A stretch of DNA of 32,640 bases, from NCBI GenBank assembly GCA_029880065.1, contig JAOUPD010000002.1, forward strand, positions 1-32,640. Direction: 5' to 3'. Under the pieces are notes generated by a model. It saw nothing but the letters and a program-made list of their open reading frames with translations. It was not told the origin of the DNA and made no database searches. The translations under genes and the position numbers were made by a program. Positions 18,690-25,817 of the stretch are shown here, piece after piece; position 1 is the first letter of the stretch, and each line of letters begins with the position of its first letter. This DNA comes from Hadesarchaea archaeon (GTDB taxonomy: Archaea; Hadarchaeota; Hadarchaeia; Hadarchaeales; Hadarchaeaceae).

Positions 18690-18710
18690 GCAGGTAGCTA
18701 CCCCGCTACC
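18680..18710 (-). repeat. Direct duplication of tRNA positions 1-10 (AGCGGGGTAG) in the 5' leader
   Basis: The minus strand reads GGT-AGCGGGGTAG-CTACCTGC-AGCGGGGTAG. The copies lie at 18707-18698 and 18689-18680. The leader sequence GGTAGCGGGG (18710-18701) is a perfect complement of the 3' end CCCCGCTACC (18506-18497). Confidence 0.9.
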
Positions 18711-18731
18711 GTGAATTCGTCTGATTTTTCG

Positions 18732-18741
18732 GGATAAATGA
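18732..18741 (-). promoter_or_regulatory. Candidate TATA box for the initiator tRNA transcript
   Basis: The minus strand reads ATCATTTATCCCG. The TTTAT lies at 18738-18734, about 27 nt upstream of G18710 where the leader helix begins. This spacing fits archaeal TATA-to-TSS distances. Confidence 0.4.
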
Positions 18742-18932
18742 TTTGTGTTTCTAAAAGCAGCGAGTGTAATGCCGAGATTTTTTATCAATACAAAAGAACC
18801 CACCGCCAACAAACATTCAAACTAAGTATCCTCTTTCAGCCGCGTCTAATTGGTGTATTCAATTTCTTTTGGCGGTACCCACATTCACCCGCCGAGGCTT
18901 TGGGTGGAGTTCTTTATAAAGAGAAAAACTCG

Positions 18933-19424
18933 CTACTGTTGGGGTTCCTGTACAGCAGGTTTTAAGAGTTTGCGCAGCAGGCCCCCCAGCACGGCGCCAA
19001 TGCCGACAATGGCCACCAACATAAAAGCATAGAGAAACATGTCCCCATATAGCAGGAATAATACCTCTTCATGACTAGCCTGAGGAACTACGATATCAGA
19101 GACGCCTTGTGTGAAGAGGAGCAACATGTTCGCGAGGATAGGGCTGCAAACAATTAAAGTACCGTTCAACCCCCCAGCTCGAAATTGACTCCACCAGCCT
19201 CTGACTTCTCGAGCGAGCAAGTATCCGGTAACCGCGCCACCTATCAAAAAGGCGAAGACCCCCCCTCCAAAAAGTAAGCTGACGCCCGCCCCGAATAAAA
19301 AGCCATAAATCACTGGTCGTAGGTAAAGCCGTCGATCGAGTTTTCGGCCTAACAAGAATAACAAGACCCCTATGAGGACCACTGCGACAACGCTATAGAG
19401 CAATCCAAATGTAAAGTCGTCCAT
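18933..19424 (-). CDS. Hypothetical integral membrane protein (163 aa, Gly-rich TM helices)
   Basis: It has four to five hydrophobic segments (LLYSVVAVVLIGVLLFLLG, GFLFGAGVSLLFGGGVFAFLIGGAVTGYLL, and so on). I recognise no family. Confidence 0.55.
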   Translation of the reverse strand: MDDFTFGLLYSVVAVVLIGVLLFLLGRKLDRRLYLRPVIYGFLFGAGVSLLFGGGVFAFLIGGAVTGYLLAREVRGWWSQFRAGGLNGTLIVCSPILANMLLLFTQGVSDIVVPQASHEEVLFLLYGDMFLYAFMLVAIVGIGAVLGGLLRKLLKPAVQEPQQ

Positions 19425-19514
19425 CGTTGCACCTTAAATCGTGAAGATTAATAAATGTGTCTTGGTGAGAAACTTTTAGGTTATCCCGAAGAGTGTTAAA
19501 ATGGGGTTACGACC

Positions 19515-20240
19515 TTGAAGACGCTAAGGATAGAGGATTTAACCGTAGAAATCGCGGGAAAACGGGTGCTCGGAGGAGTTAACCTAGAGGTGCCCGAAGG
19601 GGAGACCCACGTTTTGCTCGGCCCCAACGGATCCGGGAAGACCTCACTGATAACGTCAATTTTGGGCTTCCCGAGCTGCCACATTCTATCGGGCAAGATT
19701 CGGTTCAATGGCACTGACATCACAACCATGCCAACGGATGAGCGCGTGAAGCTAGGTATTGGGGTGGCCTTCCAAAACCCCCCGCAAATAAGAGGTGTCA
19801 AACTGGGCGATGTTTTGCGACACCTCACCAGGAGAAAATTCGATGAAGTAAAGCTGGCAGGCACCACAAACATTCCCGTGGATTTTTTCGGCAGAGATTT
19901 AAATTTGGGATTCTCCGGAGGCGAGCTCAAGCGGACGGAGATTTTACAGTTGCTCGCCCAACGACCAGATTTTGCGATATTCGATGAGCCCGACTCAGGA
20001 GTAGACGTTGAGAACCTAGAGGTTATAGGCAAGGCAATCAACGAATTCCTCAAGAACCGATCTGGCCTGTTGATAACCCACCTCGGCCACATCCTGCGCT
20101 ACCTAAAGGTGGACAAAGCCCATGTGATGTTTTATGGAACGATCGCCTGCTCTGGAAAGCCGACCAATATTATCAACCGAATCATGAAAAAAGGCTACAA
20201 GTGGTGTGAGCGATGCCCAAAGGTAAAAAGACTACATTGA
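19515..20240 (+). CDS. sufC: Fe-S cluster assembly ATPase SufC (TTG start)
   Basis: It has Walker A (GPNGSGKTS), the ABC signature (FSGGE), Walker B (AIFDEPDSGVD) and the H-loop (ITHL). The N-terminus LRIEDLTVEIAGKRVLGGVNLEV aligns with SufC N-termini. Confidence 0.9.
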   Translation: MKTLRIEDLTVEIAGKRVLGGVNLEVPEGETHVLLGPNGSGKTSLITSILGFPSCHILSGKIRFNGTDITTMPTDERVKLGIGVAFQNPPQIRGVKLGDVLRHLTRRKFDEVKLAGTTNIPVDFFGRDLNLGFSGGELKRTEILQLLAQRPDFAIFDEPDSGVDVENLEVIGKAINEFLKNRSGLLITHLGHILRYLKVDKAHVMFYGTIACSGKPTNIINRIMKKGYKWCERCPKVKRLH

Positions 20241-21436
20241 ATGCAATCGAGAAGCCAGCGGCTTTTGGGCCCGACTTAGATTTGGGAGCTTTCAAAAGAG
20301 AAACCTCACCTTGGCCCCCATGTACGATTTCGACGCTCCCAGAGGATATCGTCCAAAGGGCATTGAGCGTCGGCATTAGCACTGAGGAAAAGGAAAGAGC
20401 TGGCACATATTTTCAAATAGATCACTCTGCGATTCTTCAAACAATTCGAAAAACTTTCAGCGGAAAAGCTGAGATAATGACCACTGGAGAAGCCCTCAAA
20501 AAATACCGCTGGGCCAAGGAGTATTGGTGGAAGATTGTTGCCGCCGATACCGACAAATTCACCGCTTTAGCCAAGCTAAAGTGGGACCAAGGCTATTTCA
20601 TCCGAGTGTTGGAAGGCCAAAAAATCACGATCCCCCTGCAAGCATGCCTTTTCATCTCGAAAGACAATTTCAACCAAAACGTTCACAACTTGATAATAGC
20701 AGAACCCAACTCGGAAGCTCAGATAATAACTGGCTGCACGGTCCACCCAAACGTTCAAAGCGGTCTACATGTGGGCATTTCCGAATTTTACGTGAAGAAA
20801 AACGCGAAGCTCACTTTCACCATGATTCACAACTGGGCCCAAAATTTCAATGTTCGACCTCGAACCGCGGCCCTCGTGGACGATGATGCAACATTCGTGA
20901 GTAATTACATGTGTATGAAACCGGTGAAAAGCCTTCAAATGTACCCTGTTGCTTACTGCAAGGGAGCTAACTCGAGAGTCAGATTCAATACAATCCTACA
21001 CGGGAACCAAAATTCCCATTTAGATGTGGGCTCGAAAGTGGTCCTCCAAGGCAAAGGGAGCAGGGGGGAAATCATCACGCGGGCGATAGCCTCGGACAAC
21101 GCACAGATAAATGCCCGTGGACTCTTGGTTGGAGAGCATGAGGACAGCAAGGCGCATCTTGAATGCAGGGGTCTTTTGCTCTCTGATGAAGCCTTCATTC
21201 ACGCGATTCCGGAGTTGGTGGGGAAGGTGAAGGGAACCGAACTTTCACATGAGGCCGCTGTAGGAAAGATAGCGGAAGAGCAGATTCAGTATTTGATGGC
21301 AAGGGGTTTCTCGGAGACTGAGGCTGAATCGCTGATTATCCGGGGGTTCATGGATACTAGCATTTTCGGTCTTCCAGATGTCTTAAAAAAGGATACCGAG
21401 CGGATGATAGATGCAACCTTTGGTGGCGCTTTGTAA
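20213..21436 (+). CDS. SufB/SufD-family Fe-S cluster assembly scaffold protein
   Basis: 407 aa, overlapping the sufC stop by 28 nt. The C-terminal half has the beta-helix repeat region plus the conserved tail ...HEAAVGKIAEEQIQYLMARGFSETEAESLIIRGF (the SufB/D C-terminal signature). Confidence 0.85.
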   Translation: MPKGKKTTLNAIEKPAAFGPDLDLGAFKRETSPWPPCTISTLPEDIVQRALSVGISTEEKERAGTYFQIDHSAILQTIRKTFSGKAEIMTTGEALKKYRWAKEYWWKIVAADTDKFTALAKLKWDQGYFIRVLEGQKITIPLQACLFISKDNFNQNVHNLIIAEPNSEAQIITGCTVHPNVQSGLHVGISEFYVKKNAKLTFTMIHNWAQNFNVRPRTAALVDDDATFVSNYMCMKPVKSLQMYPVAYCKGANSRVRFNTILHGNQNSHLDVGSKVVLQGKGSRGEIITRAIASDNAQINARGLLVGEHEDSKAHLECRGLLLSDEAFIHAIPELVGKVKGTELSHEAAVGKIAEEQIQYLMARGFSETEAESLIIRGFMDTSIFGLPDVLKKDTERMIDATFGGAL

Positions 21437-21457
21437 GGCGGGATAACAAAAAAATGA

Positions 21458-21620
21458 TTATGTGACCGAAAATTCGTGCCCACATCTCGGACACTTTTTT
21501 TCCAATCGAGCAACTTGAAGTAAACATCGGACAACCTTTGCACGATACCACGCGAACATAAAACTTGCTAAACTCGAAGCCGCATTTCGGGCAAGTAGCT
21601 AAATCAGTGCCCCTGTTCAT
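21458..21620 (-). pseudogene. Small double zinc-ribbon protein gene (about 53 aa) needing a 1-nt frame correction in an A7 run
   Basis: Frame 0 from the ATG at 21620 reads MNRGTDLATCPKCGFEFSKFYVRVVSCKGCPMFTSSCSIGKK. Skipping one A in the AAAAAAA run (plus-strand T7 at 21495-21501) continues as CPRCGHEFSVT and reaches a stop (TAA at 21460-21458). This recreates a second CPxCGxEF motif and removes the roughly 80-nt overlap with the sufB/D gene. The cause could be an assembly indel, a real pseudogene or a programmed +1 shift. Confidence 0.5.
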
Positions 21621-21661
21621 CGATTCATTCCCCCGACTTTCAAGTACTCCCATAATATTAA

Positions 21662-22792
21662 GTGTTCTTTGTGATCAATTGGAATAAGGCGATAAAAGTG
21701 TCCGAAGTTTTATTTTTCAACTATCGGAGGGGCAAAAAGACCGTTTACGAAGGCATCAAGGCCCTCCTCCAAAAACTGCCGCTGACAAAAGTTGTGAGCA
21801 AAGACGACTTGGTAGCTATCAAAGTACATATGGGCGAACTCGGGAACGTGACCCACATCAGGCCGGGAATCGTGAGAGAAATCGTTAAATTCGTAAAAGC
21901 GGCTGGCGGGCAGCCTTTCGTGACCGACACTACCACCCTCTACCCTCACGCAAGATGGACCGCTATGAAGTACCTCCAAACGGCAGCAGCGAACGGCTTT
22001 ACCGGTGAATCAATGGGTGCACCGATAATCATCGCGGATGGCCTGCTTGGATACGATGGCACCAAAAGACCCGTAAGTAGGAGGGTTGAGGGCTGTGATC
22101 TGGGTGAAGTTGAGGTTGCTCAATCTATAGCCGAGGCGGATGCGATGGTGGTAGTGTCTCATGCGAAGGGGCACATTATCGCAGGTTTCGGCGGCGCAAT
22201 CAAAAATGTGGGAATGGGTTGTTTGACCAAACGTGGAAAGGCGGCCATACACAGAACCGACTTGGCGGAGATAAATGCGGAGAATTGCAGTGGTTGCGGC
22301 AAATGTGTAGAGATTTGCGTCTACGGGGCGATGCGAATCGAGGATGGTAAAGCGCAAAGAGACATCGAGAAGTGCATGAACTGCAATTCCTGTTATTTTA
22401 ACTGCCCGAACAAAGCTATGAAAATCCCGAATGACGCGAGCAATCGCTTACAGGTTTACCTCGCACACGGGACGGCGGCGAGTTTGGAAAAATTCGATGG
22501 CAAAGTTTGCTTCATCAACGTCATTCAGGATGTTACTCCGCTCTGCGACTGCGCTGCTCATGCTGGCAACCCTGTGGTGGCAGATGTCGGCATCCTCGCC
22601 TCAATGGATCCAGTCGCGATCGACAAGGCATCGCTCGACCTCATTGATTGTGCCGAATTGGTTCCCGGCGCGCTGGCCGAGGATGGTCCGGACAGGCTTG
22701 GCAGAATCAACCACGCAGACTGCACAATTCAGATGCGCGTAGCAAAAAAACTGGGAATGGGCGAACTCAAATATCAGATAATCGAAATTTGA
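21662..22792 (+). CDS. DUF362-domain protein with inserted 2x[4Fe-4S] ferredoxin domain
   Basis: It has VAIKVHMGELGN..HIRP..VREIVKFVKAAGGQPFVTDTTT (the DUF362 N-terminal pattern) and the dicluster motifs CSGCGKCVEICVYG and CMNCNSCYFNCP. The more likely start is the GTG at 21698 (VSEVLFFNYRRGKK). Confidence 0.8.
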   Translation: MFFVINWNKAIKVSEVLFFNYRRGKKTVYEGIKALLQKLPLTKVVSKDDLVAIKVHMGELGNVTHIRPGIVREIVKFVKAAGGQPFVTDTTTLYPHARWTAMKYLQTAAANGFTGESMGAPIIIADGLLGYDGTKRPVSRRVEGCDLGEVEVAQSIAEADAMVVVSHAKGHIIAGFGGAIKNVGMGCLTKRGKAAIHRTDLAEINAENCSGCGKCVEICVYGAMRIEDGKAQRDIEKCMNCNSCYFNCPNKAMKIPNDASNRLQVYLAHGTAASLEKFDGKVCFINVIQDVTPLCDCAAHAGNPVVADVGILASMDPVAIDKASLDLIDCAELVPGALAEDGPDRLGRINHADCTIQMRVAKKLGMGELKYQIIEI

Positions 22793-22854
22793 AGTTTCTT
22801 AAGTTAACAGCTCCGAGTAAAAGAATTATGGATTAGTCTAAATTGAGCATCGTT

Positions 22855-23277
22855 TTATTCATTAATCCAGTACTCTTCAGTTTCAGTGACCTCTTTTTTC
22901 CAGATTAGTGCTTTCGCCTTTATGCGGTCCATGATTTGGGGCAACACCGAAAAGACCTCGGCTCGATGCTTGCCCGCCACCAAGATGTAGATGGCATCTT
23001 CGCCCGGTGTCAGGTCGTCGATGACATGGTGGATCATCACCCTCAGGATGCCTGGTTGTCTCTCGATGTCAGCTGCTATTTGCTCAAGTTCTTTGATCGC
23101 TTCTTCCGCGCACTCATAATGAAGATACTTTACTTTCTTCCCGTCCTTCGAGATGTCACGGACGATGCCCACGAAACATCCCACCGCACCCGCCTTCCCC
23201 CCAAGTTCACGTTTCAATTTTTGAAGAAGTATCTGCAAATCAACCTCGCCCTTTTGATGGATGCCAACGTCGGGCAT
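22855..23277 (-). CDS. moaE: Molybdopterin synthase catalytic subunit MoaE
   Basis: It has GAVGCFVGIVRD...YLHYECAEEAIKELEQI...IHHVIDDLTPGEDAIYILVAGKHRAEVFSV....IKAKALIWKKE. This matches the MoaE pattern (F.G.VR, Y..MA, H..G.L..GE, HR..AF, IWKKE). Confidence 0.85.
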   Translation of the reverse strand: MPDVGIHQKGEVDLQILLQKLKRELGGKAGAVGCFVGIVRDISKDGKKVKYLHYECAEEAIKELEQIAADIERQPGILRVMIHHVIDDLTPGEDAIYILVAGKHRAEVFSVLPQIMDRIKAKALIWKKEVTETEEYWINE

Positions 23278-23389
23278 TAGACAACCCTGTAGATTGTATT
23301 CTTTGAAAGTTTAAAGTTTATTTTCCAAAACACGGCATGAAAGGCCATATTAATTTTTGGTAAGCCCAGGTCGGTTTTGAACTAAAAGT

Positions 23390-23399
23390 ATAAAAACAG
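23390..23399 (-). terminator. Oligo-T tract immediately 3' of tRNA-Cys
   Basis: The minus strand reads TCTGTTTTTATAC directly after the discriminator base. Confidence 0.4.
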
Positions 23400-23495
23400 A
23401 GCCGGGGGCCGGATTTGAACCGGCGAATAGCGGGTCCCAACGGAAAAATTTTTTCCTCTGCAGCCCGCCGCCTTTCCGGACTAGGCTACCCCGGC
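23400..23495 (-). tRNA. tRNA-Cys (GCA) with a 22-nt intron at the canonical 37/38 position
   Basis: On the minus strand the gene reads GCCGGGG-TA-GCCT-AGTCCGGAA-AGGC-G-GCGGG-CTGCAG, then [AGGAAAAAATTTTTCCGTTGGG], then A-CCCGC-TATTC-GCCGG-TTCAAAT-CCGGC-CCCCGGC-T. All four stems pair. The U73 discriminator is the classical Cys identity element. The intron (23457-23436) sits in a relaxed BHB with bulges AG|A and GG|A, an inner helix GGAAA/TTTCC, and a central helix CUGC/GUUG carrying one U-U mismatch. No CCA is encoded. Confidence 0.9.
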
Positions 23496-23519
23496 ACATC
23501 CTTCTTTTTTATTGAAACA

Positions 23520-23529
23520 CTGATAAAAC
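23520..23529 (-). promoter_or_regulatory. Candidate TATA box for tRNA-Cys
   Basis: The minus strand has TTTATC at 23527-23522, which is -32 to -27 relative to tRNA position 1. It lies in the 47-nt divergent spacer shared with the ThiI-like gene. Confidence 0.35.
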
Positions 23530-23542
23530 ATCTGTGGTTTAG

Positions 23543-24208
23543 ATGAAAGAGCGAGTCGTTTGCTTGGTTTCGGGAGGGATAGACTCCCCTGTCGCGTGCG
23601 TCATTGCAGCGAAAAAGTTCGATGTCGTACCACTCCATTTCTGCACTTACCCATACACGAGCGAGGAAATGTTTGGACTCACGATGAATGCTTTGAAAAA
23701 ACTCAAGAAAGTAGCCAAATTTGAGAAAATCGTCCTCTACCCTTGGGCTGGGGTTTTGAATGCAATTACCAAAAAACTGAACCGCAGGGAATACACATGC
23801 TTGATCTGCAGAAAAAGCATGTTCAAGGCCGCCGAACTCGTTTGCAAACGAGAGGGAGCTGAAGGCATAGTGACTGGCGAGTCGTTGGGGCAAAAAGCGT
23901 CGCAAACATTGAGCAATCTCGTGGCAACCTCACATGGTTTGAAAGTTCCGATCTTGAGGCCTTTACTTGGTTTCGACAAACTGGAGATCGAGAAAATCTC
24001 AAAAGAATTCGGGATTTGGCAAGAACGGCACGCAGGTGTTTGCAGCGCGTTGCCGAAGCACCCGCGCACAAAAGCCACCGCTGGCGAGGTCGATGAACTC
24101 TTCAACCAACTCAAGCTTAATGAACTCATCCAAAAAAATTCGAAAAAAACTGTAGAAGTCCGCACCTTTAGGGAAGACCTACGCTCGCTTTTTGCGAAGC
24201 ACTTCTAG
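23543..24208 (+). CDS. ThiI-like PP-loop ATP pyrophosphatase, stand-alone catalytic domain (no NFLD/THUMP, no rhodanese)
   Basis: The PP-loop motif SGGIDSPVA starts at residue 10. It has the ThiI-like core ...GIVTGESLGQKASQTLSNL... and PILRPLLGFDKLEI. The cysteines lie in CLIC (CxxC) plus a later single Cys (GVCSALP). At 221 aa it is about 170 aa short of a canonical ThiI N-terminus. Confidence 0.75.
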   Translation: MKERVVCLVSGGIDSPVACVIAAKKFDVVPLHFCTYPYTSEEMFGLTMNALKKLKKVAKFEKIVLYPWAGVLNAITKKLNRREYTCLICRKSMFKAAELVCKREGAEGIVTGESLGQKASQTLSNLVATSHGLKVPILRPLLGFDKLEIEKISKEFGIWQERHAGVCSALPKHPRTKATAGEVDELFNQLKLNELIQKNSKKTVEVRTFREDLRSLFAKHF

Positions 24209-24973
24209 GGCAACCTCCGCAGCCCTTTTGCCTGAGAGTAGCATCCCCCCAAAAATCGCTCCCATCCGCGGCGATCCAAAGAGGGTGTTGGCTGCCATGC
24301 CTGTCATGATCAGATTCGGATAGATCTCACGCGTGTTGTGTATGATTTCAGCCTCTCCTGCCTCTGCCCACATTGGTTTTTCCCCCATAACTCCGCCCGT
24401 ACTCGTCGGAAACTTTGCGCCAGGTACCTTTCGCTGTATGATGCGAGCTATCGCCGCTTCGTGCCCCGTGGCGTCGATAACGACTTTCGCGCTTATTCCG
24501 AGCGGGTCAACATGCAGGCTCGCCAGCTCGACCGCTTTCCAATTGATCACGACGCCTGCCACGCGATCCCTCTCTCGTATCATCACATCTTCTACCGTTA
24601 GCCCGACCATCACCCGTGCTCCGGAATCTATGGCGGCTGCAGTACACTTAGACACGGCTTCGACCGAGTCAGCCGTGTAGTAGCCAGCCTCACGTGACTC
24701 GAGCTTGACTCCAACCTCTTCCATAATCTCCTTCGCTTCCTCTTGTATTACGATGCGTGGGAAAAGGATTCCACCACCCCACATGCCTCCCCCCACGTGA
24801 AGGTTCCGCTCGAAAACCGCAACTTTAGCACCCGCCTTGGCTAAGTAGCGGGCAGCAGTTATTCCAGAGGGTCCAGCCCCGACCACCGCCACATCGAGCT
24901 CGATGAGGTCCAAAAAGTCTCGCATAAAGCGTTTGACAATCGCCGCCGTAACTTGAGTATCCTCAACTTTCAA
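24179..24973 (-). CDS. thi4: Thiamine thiazole synthase Thi4 family (His-type, predicted non-suicide)
   Basis: It has the FAD/NAD dinucleotide motif VVGAGPSGITAARYLAKAGAKVAVFER, then GGGMWGGG and IDATGHEA. The loop ASLHVDPL has His where yeast THI4 has the sulfur-donor Cys (QSCMDPN). This is my alignment from memory. The 3' end overlaps the convergent ThiI-like gene by 30 nt. Confidence 0.88.
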   Translation of the reverse strand: MKVEDTQVTAAIVKRFMRDFLDLIELDVAVVGAGPSGITAARYLAKAGAKVAVFERNLHVGGGMWGGGILFPRIVIQEEAKEIMEEVGVKLESREAGYYTADSVEAVSKCTAAAIDSGARVMVGLTVEDVMIRERDRVAGVVINWKAVELASLHVDPLGISAKVVIDATGHEAAIARIIQRKVPGAKFPTSTGGVMGEKPMWAEAGEAEIIHNTREIYPNLIMTGMAANTLFGSPRMGAIFGGMLLSGKRAAEVALEVLRKKRA

Positions 24974-25006
24974 TTTTCCACTCTCTTTGATAAATTGTAT
25001 TCAACT

Positions 25007-25801
25007 TTAAAGAAGGTTTGCGCCGCCCATGCGATAACCGCTGGGGTCAAGGACGGCGGAGGGGTAGCCGAACCCACGAAGGGCTTTCACGATCTCAACC
25101 TCCAGTTTCCGCGCGCGAGACAGTTCCTCCTCCCCCACCTCAACTCTCGCCAGCTCCCCATGATCTCGAACACGCACGACTCGGAAGCCCAGTGAACGCA
25201 GAAACTGTTCACCCTTCGCTATCCGCTCGAGCTTTTCGGGCGTTATTTCTTGACCGAAGGGGATTCTAGAAGCGAGGCATGGATTGGCAGGTTTATCCGC
25301 ATTTGGCAAACCGTACTCGGCAGCCAGCTCCCGGACCTCCTCCTTCGTTAGACCAACTTCCGCAAGCGGGCTCCGAACCCCAAACTCACGGAGGGCGCGG
25401 ATGCCCGGCCTGTAATCGGAAAAATCATCGAAATTCGTCCCATCAAAAATTTTCTCAAATCCCAACTCCTTACGGATTCCATCCAATTTTCTAAGCAACT
25501 CACTTTTACAATAGTAGCATCTTTCCGGCGGATTTGCGGCAAAGTTTGCGTTATGAAGTTCATTCGTGATTATAGTCATGTGCTTGATGCCGATATGTCT
25601 GGCCGCTTTCTTGGCCCATTCAACTTCCCCGGGTGGGTATGTCTGAGAAATAGCGGTGCCCGCGACGGTTCGCTCGCCCAACACTTCGTGGGCAACCGCG
25701 CAGACCAGCGAGGAGTCGACCCCGCCCGAAAAAGCGATGACTGCACCGTCGCAGTCTCTGACAATCGATTTGAGATGCTGGAGTTTCTCGTTGAATGACA
25801 T
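25007..25801 (-). CDS. larE: LarE-like / TIGR00268-type PP-loop ATP-dependent sulfur transferase
   Basis: It has the PP-loop AFSGGVDSS, a CYYCK motif and NPCLASR (three Cys, as in the cluster-binding LarE subgroup). The tail RVR.HG..ARVEV is typical of this family. Confidence 0.75.
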   Translation of the reverse strand: MSFNEKLQHLKSIVRDCDGAVIAFSGGVDSSLVCAVAHEVLGERTVAGTAISQTYPPGEVEWAKKAARHIGIKHMTIITNELHNANFAANPPERCYYCKSELLRKLDGIRKELGFEKIFDGTNFDDFSDYRPGIRALREFGVRSPLAEVGLTKEEVRELAAEYGLPNADKPANPCLASRIPFGQEITPEKLERIAKGEQFLRSLGFRVVRVRDHGELARVEVGEEELSRARKLEVEIVKALRGFGYPSAVLDPSGYRMGGANLL

Positions 25802-25817
25802 AGTTCGTTACCTTTGA

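Noticed and set aside
18497-18710. I first read the GC-rich structured block as a reduced RNase P RNA (plus-strand GGAAATTCCG vs the CR-I sequence GGAAAGUCCG; CACGGCTTGA vs CR-V) or as SRP RNA.
   Set aside because: The putative P4 pairing has an uncompensated mismatch. The spacing between the CR-I-like and CR-V-like elements is only about 55 nt, with about 120 nt left over. No SRP helix-8 GGAA/AGCA motif exists on either strand. The minus-strand multi-intron initiator tRNA model explains every segment, and it puts a TATA box at the right distance.
21357-21653. The 98-aa ORF taken at face value.
   Set aside because: Its C-terminal half overlaps the sufB/D gene by about 80 nt and is featureless. 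The frame-corrected 53-aa double zinc-ribbon model is more parsimonious (see findings).
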